NCBI GenBank assembly: GCA_051942205.1 | Contig: JAVECO010000098.1 | Span: 1 to 64,000 of the forward strand | DNA length: 64,000 bases | Direction: 5' to 3' | From: Coniocarpon cinnabarinum | Taxonomy: Eukaryota | In this document: piece after piece, positions 37,481 through 48,593 of the stretch | Numbering within the stretch: the stretch's first letter is position 1 | Layout: every line of letters begins with the position of its first letter | Translations under genes and position numbers: made by a program | The notes under the pieces: model-generated | Seen by the model: only the letters and a program-made list of their open reading frames with translations | Databases searched by the model: none | What the model was told of the DNA's origin: nothing

Positions 37481-37830
37481 TACTTGAACTCGCTGGCTTG
37501 GTTGTGGACGAGCTCACTCCCTGAACTGGTTGGCTTGGTTGTTGACGAACTGTCTACCTGAACGGGCTGGCTCGGTTGTTGACGATCTGCCTGCTTGAAG
37601 TTGCTGAATTGGTCTGGACGAACTGCTCACCGCGTCGTCGCGGTAGTGAGTGCCGAGCCTATGGGGCTTCTCGTCCGGCGATAAGTACTGCCCTGAACAG
37701 GCTGGCTGGGTTGTTGACAAACTACGTGCTTGAACTTGCCGGCTGGGTGTGGACAAACTGCGAGCCTCGTCGTCGCGGCAGAATGTGCAGAACCTGTGGT
37801 ACTGCTCGTCCGGCGTTGAGTACTGCCTCG
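37481..37830. repeat. hierarchical array E (about 36 nt subunits inside a 135-nt duplication)
   Basis: tgaac...ggct.ggttgt(t/g)gac subunits; 37557-37691 is duplicated at 37692-37826. Confidence 0.9.
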
Positions 37831-40800
37831 GCCTTGTGTTTTCTGGAGTGATGAATCTGGGGCATCCTCAAAGGGAGTTCAACCCCTGGACACAGACCTG
37901 CGCGAGTTTGAATCCCACGTTCCTCGGTTGTCACGTCGCTCATTACTGGAGTGGCACCGAATGTTGCTCCGCAGGGGGTGCACCTAGTCCCTTGGCTTCA
38001 AGGCTGTGCTCTAGCGGTGGGGATGGTCATGTAAGAGGATCCAGCCTCATTTGCGGACGCAATCTCGGACGGGTTCCAGGAAAGGCAGCCTATGCTCGTA
38101 ATGCTTTTTGATTGAGTTCTCTTTCCTGGAACGCCCACCACTGATGTGGTGTCGGACGCCAACCTTTGTTAGCTTCCATGCGCTCTAGGCGGTTCCGCGG
38201 CCGAAGTGCTGTCCTTTCTTGGCCTCCAGCCAGTCTGTCGCGGTCCTCCGGCTGACATCCACGCTTGAGGAGTGCTCAGCCATGCAGCGGCAATCGAAGC
38301 GTTCCAGGAAGCCAGACCCTACCAGGCAAGGACGCAGTCTCCATTGCGAGGCATCCCAAAATTGAAGGCAGTCTAGGCCTTGTGACTCTCCGTGGCGCTG
38401 ACTTCAGGCCTTTTTTCTCATTTCCAAAGTTGTCTGAAACAACCAAACTGGACGTGCACGCCTGTGGAAGCAGGACTGTTGGGAAAGTCGGGTGATGATG
38501 ATGAACGAGATCCAGCAAGCAAGAAATCCTGCTGTGCTGTTGTACTGCTACTGTTGTCGGCGGTTTCCCTGTCGCTGTTGTCACGTTGTCATTATGGTCA
38601 TCACCGCCATCGTCATCGTCGTCGTCATCAGCAACAGGAGGGCGGTCAAGCCGCCGTATTTTCTAAGCCAGGCGTTGTTTGACTGTCCATAAGGCGAGAG
38701 AGCAGGGAGAGACTGCTCCTAACGCGGGCGTCATGCAGGTAGCACTCGTTATAGTCAATGACGTTCGCGTGAACTGGATGTCTTGACTTCTTGAAGTGCG
38801 AGCTCTCATATGGCAGCTTCAAAGTGCAATACTGGGCATGTCGTATCTTGTCGCTGCCGCAGTCTTTTGCTCGTGAATTCTTCCCAAATGCGGCTCAAGG
38901 CCGGATGGTCGAATCTCTTGGAGACGGTCCACAATTTCGACGACCCTCGCTTGAAGTGCTAGGTCATGGCGCTACCGTAGTCCACCTGCTAGTGAATTCG
39001 TACGTGGTTTAACTCAAGGCCAGATGATCTGGACATTTAAAGACGGCGCACGATCTTGACGACCCTCGATTCACCGTCTGGAGTTGCTGGACCCCACCTC
39101 CTGCTGCTGTAATGATTCAATGATAGAGGTGAGGCTCGAGGGCGCATGGCCTTCATTCAGCAGCAGATCATGCCCGGTGTCCGCGGTGACTTCAAGTCTC
39201 TGCATTCCACTCTTGAATTGTTTCCTGAACTGGTGCAAACCCATTTGCTTGATCGACTCTCGCAGGTTTCGCCCAAGGGCCAGCAAGCAGTCAAGTCTTC
39301 ATATGCGGCTCCCAAGTAATTTTGGCGTTTCAAGTCGAAGCTGCTCCCCCTGTTGATGTCGGCGTCCATGTGGGGAAGCAAGCAGAGGTCCAGCCTCCTG
39401 AGTCTCCACGGAGCCCGGAAGAGGAGTTGTTGTGCCTCAACCCTGGAATCTGGTAGACAAGCAGAAACCCAGAATAATCTCCAGAGCATTTATTCTTGAT
39501 GCAATGGATGGCTGGGAAAGGGCATCACCATCGACCTCATCAAGCGGGATGATGTAGACAATGTTGCAGCGCCGACTTTCCAAGCGAAATCCTGAGCCGG
39601 ATTGGAGGAGGGATGTCGGTCTCCTGTGGGAGAAGGGCAAGTGCTCTTTCACCGTTTAGGGGAGTCTTGCGGCCCACGCAAAAGTCTCTTGTGGTTGTTG
39701 TAGTTGTAAAAAAGATTACCGAAGATGTCAACTTTGCTCATGAGTCGTGCGTCGTTGTCTCCAGCTGTCTCATCTTCCTTGGGTTGCCGGTGGACGGGTG
39801 TCAGACCAAAGGGAAGATGGCGACATGAAATGGCATCGCTGATCTACTGCAACCCCAGCCTCGGACAGATTCTTGGGCGTCGCGCGACCCACTGGAACCT
39901 AGATGCTGTGTCCAAATGGTCTTCTCTCCCTTGGGTTGACGAGAAGTGGGTAAGGGAGAGAGAGCGACGTCAGGTTGGAACGATTTCCATCCAGGTTCGA
40001 CCTGTCTGAATACTATCGTCGAGCTTCTCCGCTTCCGAGGCACACTGCAACGCGAAAACGCTCTGAGAATTACGTCGCAGTCGCATTTGAAATCTCTCCG
40101 ACCCCGTGCGTTGGCAATCAATCGATACGAGGTTCCTTAAGTGACTTGCAAAAGATGCTGAACCTGATGCATGAGGACCAATAGCTAAGATATGTCGTTT
40201 CCAAGTCAACTTGGACTCTTGAATCTGAAAAGAATATTTTAGACGTGTGATGTCGTTCGACTTCATTGGTACTGCGGACGCACAGTCTCCCTACTGATCG
40301 TTCCTTGAGTCTACCAGTGGGGAAGGAGAGACGCCGATGGTACCTTCATGTTGCTTAGCATCGCCGCTTAAAGCGGCTGTTTGTTTTCTGTCCGGAGTGG
40401 AAGAACAGAGCGTGGGCAACGATGCTGGCTTTCCTTGACTGTCCTGGACCGTGACTGAGAAGAGAAAGGTGTTCGCTTTGTCACGCTTCCTCTCCAGTAC
40501 TCGGCCCTAGAGGTCTTTAGAACTCTGGTGCAGTGTCCTGAGGTCCGTCTACGCTGACGTGAAGATCACTGAGACCTCGTCGACCGTAAAGTTCAAAGAC
40601 TAAGTCGAGGAATGCACTCGAGCAAAAACGCCCGGACTCTGGTGTTGAGGCATTTGTGGGCTTCAAGCCCAGTCTTTCCAAGCTCATTGAATTCTCCTCG
40701 GTCGCTAGCTTGTTTGGCTCGAGTTGGTCGTTGCAGAGGAAGAACCGTGGGATCTCGCCATTCAACGAACAATCACATGCACCTGCGCTTGCTTGACTGG

Positions 40801-42779
40801 TTTCAAAATTAGGAATTCTAGATTGAAAGTTGAATGAGCTTTCCAGGAGCGACGAACAGGTGCCTCAAGCTCTTTCCAACCACGATGATGCATTCGGCTG
40901 TGGAGGACCACTGCATGAGGCTTTCGAGGAGCCGCGGACAGCCAGACAGCCACCTCGAGCAAGTCTATCACACCGAATTGGTGGCTCCTTGAGACGCATT
41001 CATGATATCTCAAAGCTCGATCATTGGAAAATGAACGTCAAGCTGGCCTGTGGTGGCGGTGGTGGCAGAAAACAAGCACAAGTTTCAGTTTTCATTTGCA
41101 TCCTGATGATGAGGAGCAACCTGATAGATCCAGAGTTCGGGATGAACCTGTCGCGCTCTGTCATCCATCTGAAGCTGCGCGAGGACCGAGTCCCTGACAT
41201 TCTGGGTGCACTTGCGGAAGCACTGCAAAGCAACCCTTTTCAAGCGGTCGTGTGGTATACAGTTGACTCTTCTGATTTGATGTTGTGGCAGTCATTTGAG
41301 ATTGCAATGATGTTGATGCTCTATAAATCTTCGAGAGATTAGTGCTCAGAGCGTCGCGTATATGATTGGCGATGAGAGTCTTGGATGGAGAGTTGGTTGT
41401 CGTTGATCCTGTGCTGATGACTCGGGTCCGACAGCAAAAGGAGACCTGCTTGGAATCTCTCGCGAGCGGAAAATATTCTGGCCTTCGAGGCCTTCGAGTC
41501 CATGCGCCCACTGTTCCTGCAAGGATAGAATCGTTTGACGACCCCTGTTGGTGGCGGCGGTGTTAGAGAGGTACATGGCGTTTTCCAACAGAAAATTTTA
41601 GCGCGATCAGATCCATCATCAGGACGAGCTGTGTCCCAGAGGTTCGAGCTTGCTCTCAAGGGGGCTAGTCTCTGGTCCACAAGCGACAGCTCCTGCGTCA
41701 GAGCTGGTAGAGGAGAATGACTCGCACCGTCCATGTGAAGACAGGGCAAGAACCTCGAGGCTGGCTCCGGACTCTGACGATGGCATGCTTAGTGCACTGT
41801 GCTGCAATCTAGCGTGTGGAGTGGTGCCGATCCGGATTAAGGTATGCTCGAGGCAAGTTGAGGGGAGACGTTGATCTCTTCCTTGAGTTGCTATTCGGAT
41901 TGCTCCAGGCGAGTTGTTGAGTGGTTGATGCAGAAAGAAAGACTGGATCTCGAGGGAGCAAAGGCTGGGTAATATAGAAATTTGGCATGGTCCGTGCAGA
42001 CACTCAAGCGAAGGCAAGACGCAGAAGGTGCTTGATACGAAATTATACGCTAAGCGCTATTTGGTTTAACATTAGTTTTCAGTATTCGTATTTCGAGTCA
42101 GAACAGTTTTCCAAGAAGCACTGACCATCGCGGACCGGTACCGAGACCTAATTGTCTGCAGCGTATGAAACGAAAACTTACACTACGCGACTCCGGGCTA
42201 TGATCACGCCCAGCCAGAGAGCTGAGATGACAGACGAGTTGCGGGGTAGAACAACGTATCAATTTTAGTTGAAAACTCTTCCGTGCTATGCAGACTGTCC
42301 AATGGTTATGAACAGGCTATTATCGGACTCGAACTCGAGAGCCGAGATGCATCTCAAGCAGCCAGGGCATAGGACTACCGCTCCTGACCTTCCTGGAAAT
42401 ATCATCTTTACAAGTACTCAAAACCTACTCGTAGACGCTATGTAGCAAGCTATTCGTTTGGGAGACGATCGAAGTGAGGTTTAGCCAGTGATTGCAACTT
42501 CCGAGAAATGAGAGCTTAACATACCTACTAGGATGGTATCCTCTGCAAGCAACCCACTGAGCTGGCTCGTTACAAGTCGGTCAATTGTATTGCCATCTCA
42601 TCTCTCTACTCTGAGAGACTTAGCTTCACACTCAACCACCGTGATTGCGGTGCAAGCGCGCGAGCCAAAGCTTTAGCAGATTTTTCAAGTCGTTTAAACA
42701 CTCAAGCATGATATAAACGTGTTTTTTCAGCGCTGCCGTCTTGACAGCAATGACATGATATTCGAGAAGCCATTTGCGA

Positions 42780-43935
42780 GCATTTAACAAAATGAGGTCC
42801 AACAAAACGAGGTCCCGAGCTCTCTTAATGGAAAATCATGTTTGTAGTTTGCTGCGGCCGAAGATACGAGGACTTATCCAGTTAAACATCGGAGAACCAC
42901 AACGAAATAACTTTTTCGGAGCATGTAGGTCCCGGATGCTTCTCAGAAGGGCTCCCTTGAGCTTATCGAAAGATGAAGAAGTGCCTTGTGATGTTGATAT
43001 TGTAATATTGGATATAACCATTGAACGTACTCACGATAATATATCGTAGCTGCCACCATAGAAGACTGTGACTGCGCAATTTGACGTGTCATAGGAAAAA
43101 GAGCAGAGATTTCAATAAAGGGTCGAGAGTATTTGGAAGACCCAAAAGTACAAAAGAGGCGTGAGCAACGCAACGCACGGGTTGAGCGAACATTTGACGT
43201 CACGGCGAGTAAACTAAAACCCTTTTCGTTCACCAGAATCATCTTCTGCAAAGAAACAAGCTGCTCAAGCTGAGTACGCAGATATACAACGACTCTAAGA
43301 CTCCTCGAAACTAAGACGGCTCCTGCAATCACATTGCACATGTGAAGATCTTACCATCTTTGGCGTACTTTAGGAAGCTCCCTGAGTTGTTGGAATCCAT
43401 GCTCTTACTTTAGCGCCTAGAGATGGAGCGCGCAGTCTATTCAAGTAAAGGTACGTCACTCGGGTTATCCAAGGGTTCAAAGGCGCTGCATATTTACTAG
43501 TGTGGCACTGAGCGAAGACGCCCACCCGAAACAGCATGAACCAGGGGCACTCCTGTTCAGCGACTCTACGGAGAAGTCGAACATGCTTAAGGAACGTGGC
43601 AGAGACAGCGATGTCTTGAATGACGAGCATTGGCCAAACTTCCTGACTCTACGTTATGCTCTTGTGTCTCAACAGAATACTAAAAAACTTCTGGATTAAA
43701 TAAATATGCTCAAACAGCTACGGCGTCTCTTGCAGAACTTTTTAGTAGAGGCAATCACAAGGCAATTCTTCGGAGGTACTTCGACACTTAAACAAACTTA
43801 TTGAATCTTGAACAAGTTTTGGGCGTGTCTTCAAAGCTAATAGGGATACCACCACGAAGGCGATGACTCTATCTTTAGATCAAACTACAAATGCCAAGGT
43901 TCTGATAAAGTTTTGCGGTCTTTTCCCATCTGAAC
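42780..43935 (+). pseudogene. unidentified decayed coding remnant, AT/TpA-enriched
   Basis: Protein-like fragments continue across in-frame stops (e.g. QQNTKKLLD*INMLKQLRRLLQNFLVEAITRQFF). No family recognised. Confidence 0.25.
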
Positions 43936-43955
43936 TGGGGAAGAAAAATCACCAC

Positions 43956-45147
43956 TTACGTCGCTGTCTGCATGTGCCGCTCAATGAGTTTCCGCAACGC
44001 AGACTGCGCCTCGCAAAATTCATTGATGGCGAAAATCTGTTTTGACTCGCTGAGACCTTTATCTCTCCGTGCAAAAGCGGTTCGAAATGCACCTTCGCGG
44101 TCAATGTACGTCAGCTTATCAGGCTGTGTATGGCGATCCGCTTGGGGATAGCTGTGACTCGTGGCGTGTCGAGAGTCAGCAACCTGCGCAAGCAAATCAT
44201 CCTGGGTTACCTCTATTCTTGAGGCATGGTCAGCGGCAGCGTCGTGTTGTTCAAGTCTTTGTAGCACTGAGGGCGAGACGGTCATTCTACAGTTGGCGTT
44301 GGTGAAGCACTCTTCTGGACTCATCAGCGCCGCCGTAATCACCCGGGTGCCATATCCATGACGGTTAAAGTAACTTTGGATGATGAGTGCATTTCTCATA
44401 GCCAACTGGACTGGCTGCTCCTCGTGGAAACTAAAAAACAAGGGTGAGTGTGCGGAATTCTTGACCAGGGATGAGTATAGCCTACCGAGGATACTGCGTG
44501 ACGAAGCGCAGATCGTGCAGATAAGGAGCACAGTAGTGGCAGCCGGCTTCTGCAGCAGCAACGGCTTGCTCCAAGGAGAACAAAGTCGTGGCTAGCGTCT
44601 TGATGCCTTTAGCCTTGAGTTGACGGCACGCCTGCAGACCTTCCCAGGTAGACGGGACTTTTATCATGATGCGGGAAGTATCGACACTTGGCTGCAGCTG
44701 TCGTGCAATGGAAAGCATGCGCATAGCAGCGGCAGACGTCCGAAGAGTCGAGTAAGCGTCGACCGGGTTGGTCTGCATGTGCACGTGGCCATGGATGTGA
44801 GGCAATATGCGCAGAGCTAGCTGGACCGTCTGGGTTGCGGGAAAGATCAGCCAGTGGGGATCACAAACGTTGGCAGAGGCTTAGCTCACTGCAACTTCCA
44901 CAGCCAAGTCGCCTAAAGATACACCCTCGTGCTGCGAGGCCAGAGTCTTGGCCTGTGATACGGCATGCACGATGACATGTTCGTTTTCCGGCTTGCTCAA
45001 CTCGGCAAGAGCTATGGCTTGGTTGGCGGTACAATCCTCGAAAGGCCCCAAGGATTGTGGGACGCGAGCATCAAGAGTGTCGCAATCGACTGTGGTCAAC
45101 CGACGCAACTGGCCGAGCTGTGACTCTTTGACCTTGACTTCGCCCAT
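43956..45147 (-). CDS. transaldolase/fructose-6-phosphate aldolase family protein
   Basis: TVDCDT, DCTANQ, Schiff-base IKVPSTWEGLQAC, GIKTLATTLFSLEQA..AAEAGC.YCAPY, C-terminal AINEFCEAQ.AL. Two introns. Confidence 0.88.
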
Positions 45148-46047
45148 CGTGCGTCTGCGCAAGAGCAGATGCTAGCCTCGCAGCCTTGTCTCGGAAGTTG
45201 AGGAAGCGAATGATTCAGCTGCAGCGTGAAGTCACGCGACGATCCTTTCCCTACGCACGGCCAACGTGGTGATCCGAAGGGACAATCTCCTCGACAAGAT
45301 GTCAGAAGCTATCACGTCAATTGGGATCGTCTTCCACTAGGACTCGAGGTTGGGCGGGGAAATCGGATCCGAGGACACGAGTCATGAAGACGGCAGACTG
45401 CATCAGTCTGACAGTCGAGCACGCCCACACGCCTCCACTCTCACATTCCTTCACTCCGGACGTGCACTCGACGTTGGACATCAGCGGCAGCGTCCGCATG
45501 TGCGCTCCCCAGTCAGCTCCCCGACCTCTCTGGATCAGCGATGACGCTGACGCTGACACTCTGGATGGAGCTCCTCCGTCCCATGTACCACTCGCTGTAC
45601 TGGCCGTGGCACGCTGCTCCATGTGTCCATCACCCTCGTCCGCCTTGCTGCCGTGTGTTTAGCGAAGATCGACTGGCTGGCCCTTGCTCGAATCGGTCGT
45701 GTCTGTCCGCATACATATATAACCGCCAATTAGCGGCCCCGGGATGATTCAGATATGTAGACGACACTGCAAGTCCGGTGTAAAGCACACGTCGCCTGCC
45801 ACAACACCCTGCAGCTGCGCAGCCGTACAATGGCTTTGCGCGGCCAGGTTATAGCGTCGCTGATTTTGCCTCTCGTGCGCGTATCCTTCATTGATCGGAT
45901 CCCGCCATCGTGCAGTCTTAAACCCCGGCGGTCGTATCGTAGGTCCCTCTCTTTTTTTTTGGCTTGCCCTGTAAAGCATGTTTCTACAGCCTCAGCGAGG
46001 TTGCCGAGAGCAAGACGCTCAACAAGAGTTGCTGATGCTGCACGGTG

Positions 46048-48024
46048 ATGCCTACTTCGCTTCCCATCGACGCGTTCGCGACTTCTTCGGTGCCAAATGA
46101 GAGCAAGAATACCCTGGTCATTGTCTTTCTTGTTTGGACGAACGCTCTGTGTCTCCTGTTCACCTGCCTACGAGTAATAACAAGGACATGCATCGTCAGT
46201 GCGCGCTTGTGGTGGGACGACTGGTTCACGATAGCGGCCTGCCTTGGCACTTTGGTGGGCTCGGCTCTGGACGGCTGCGAAGTGCATTATGGTTTTAGCA
46301 GACCGGAAAAGTACCTCACAGATCACGAACTCCTGTACAATTTTACTAGCATTGCCAATCACAATCGTTCTATGCTGATTTAAGTCCAGATTTTTTGGGG
46401 CTTACACGTACTGCGAATGTATGCCAAGTTGTCATCCTCTCCATCCAACCAACTAATCATTGATATTTGAACCAGGGATCCAGACTTTTTTCACTTTATG
46501 CTGCACCAAGTTGGCCTTGTGTGCCTTCTTGTTACGCATCCATCCAAGTTTGAATTTTATTAGACCACTGCAGGCTTCCATCGTAGCCTTGATTGTCTCC
46601 CACCTCACAATCACATTTATCTGGATATTCCAATGCTGGCCAGTCCAGGCGGCCTGGGATTCGAGCGTCACCGGTAAGTCCTTCAGCTGGAACGGTCACT
46701 GTTTTGTGTGTGCCTCCTGTCTTCAACCAGCCACGCGTCATAAAGAATGACGTCTGCTAGCTGAATCGCTTCACAAGTATCATAGGGCGCTTGACTTACA
46801 TGAAGAGTTGCAGGGCGATGTTTTGATCGAAAGTTTCTGCTCAATCTCATACTGTCTCAAGCTATCATTAGTATCATTAGTGACTTTGCACTCGCACTTG
46901 TTCCTGTCATCATCCTGAGAAGGGTGCAGATGCGCAGAAGACAAAAGATTGGGCTCTGCTTGCTCATGGGACTTGGCGTAATGTAAGCTACCTCAAAGAT
47001 CAGACTTGGATCTTGACTTAAGATTACTTCGGTCATGGACTCACATGGTTGTCCAGAGTCGCCACTTGCTGCGTCATTCGGACAGCACTCAATGGTGGAG
47101 CGTTGCCATTGGATGCCACATCTGGTGGGATGACTAATTGGTTCTGTAAGCAGTCTTCTTAAAGCGTTTGAAATTCACCAGCACTGATCAAGATACCTAG
47201 GGCGTCTTTTCGAAGTTCAACTAGGTATCGTCTGCGCATGCCTACCTCCCTTGATCCCCGGGTACAAATGGGCAAAGGAAAAGCTCTCGAGTACTTGGTC
47301 CGGTAGTAGCGACTCTGCGTTTGCTCCGAACCGAAACAACCTTCCTCTGGACGGAATGTTTGATTCCTCGCACGGCGCACCATTGAACAATCCTAAGCCT
47401 AGAAAATTCAGAGCTGTTGATGGAAGTGTCATACCTCGATCTGAAAAAGCCTTGCTTGGACGGACCTTTCAAGAAGAGCAATCCTCGGTAGGGCAAAGCT
47501 TTGTGACAAAGAAGGAGTCTGATGATGCTACCATGAACACGGACCGACCTATAAGCATGCGAACCTTTTTCGAGAACGATTCTGAGGATAAGCTTGGTCG
47601 ACTGCTCAAGCCGCCTCTTGTCACCCCTTCAAACAGCAGCAACTCGACTACTCCTCCTCCAGAGACTTGCGCCAGCTCGAATTCAAAAAGGGTCTCCTTC
47701 ACTCATCGCTTTACTGATCGTTCATACCCGGGTATTCCGCCACCTGCAATTGTTGCGGGGCAGTCGCCGATGTCAGAACCTTCAACAGTCTCTTCGTCGG
47801 ACCCAATGGTGACTACGACTGGAGATCCTCCACACTCTCTTGGCGTGAGCTTGCAACCGAGGTTTGATCGGAATAGGCGAGTATTTTCCAAGGCGTTGGA
47901 CCTAAATCGCAGTTCTTGGATGAGTTGGTTCACGTCATCAAGTTCGAGGAGCAATAATTCAACAACCATTGAGGACGGCGATAGAGGGTTTGAGCTCCAC
48001 TACGCTACACGGACGAATGTATGA
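46048..48024 (+). CDS. PTH11-like (rhodopsin-domain) integral membrane protein with disordered cytoplasmic tail
   Basis: CLRVITR...WWDDW, TKLALCAFLLRI, IFQCWPVQAAWD..GRC, SIISDFALALVP, LMGLG, EVQLGIVCACLP. Five GT-AG introns restore a continuous frame. Confidence 0.85.
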
Positions 48025-48593
48025 GGCAGATTCCATTATGACATAGCATGAAACGTTCAGACGTCGTAAAGGAGTAGTTCCGCCAGAAGAGCATTGGATT
48101 TCAACCAATTTCGTGTCTGCGCAGACTTTGACCAACATAAGGCGTTGCAGCAACGATGTTTCCCGGCATAAACCACAAGCGGCTCCGCATGTTCACAGGG
48201 TGTAGCCATACCTTTGAGACCCAGGGGACAAGGTTCTGTGCTATTCCCAATCTAGAATAGCTCGAGAGTCGGCTTTGACAGGGTACCTTATCTCACATTC
48301 CTCGAGGCCCCCGCCACGCTCCGAAACGCCCATCTAGTAGGGTGGCACATCGACTCGAACAGCAAGCCCCGTTTGATAACAGCTCCACAACACGCTAAGA
48401 GGGTCTGGTCAATTTTCATCTGGTTTAGAGATCACGGCTTCGCCTCTGTAAACTTGTTAGGTATATGCTAGTGACCGAATTCGTTCTCAGCATCAATTCT
48501 TCTGGTGTAGCTCGCCGCGTTTATCTTGCTCGCGAGCCTCTATATTCATGAGAGATACTGTAGTGAGACTATCAGCCCGGCTGAGAAAGAGAA

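Larger units (their letters stand above)
34050..41990 (-). pseudogene. putative heavily decayed repeat-rich gene(s)
   Basis: No ORF longer than about 170 aa in 8 kb, but protein-like minus-strand fragments (e.g. PVADDDDDDDGGDDHNDNVTT, QFVNNxASxFR repeats) and CAG-to-TAG stops between paralogous repeat copies. Confidence 0.45.

Noticed and set aside
39070..39660. TGA read-through or alternative genetic code in the decayed block
   Set aside because: Neighbouring intact genes use TGA as a stop, and TAA/TAG stops and frameshifts also interrupt the block.
46048..48024. PTH11-like gene as a pseudogene (fragmented in ORF track)
   Set aside because: Five canonical GT-AG introns give a continuous frame with the family motifs intact.
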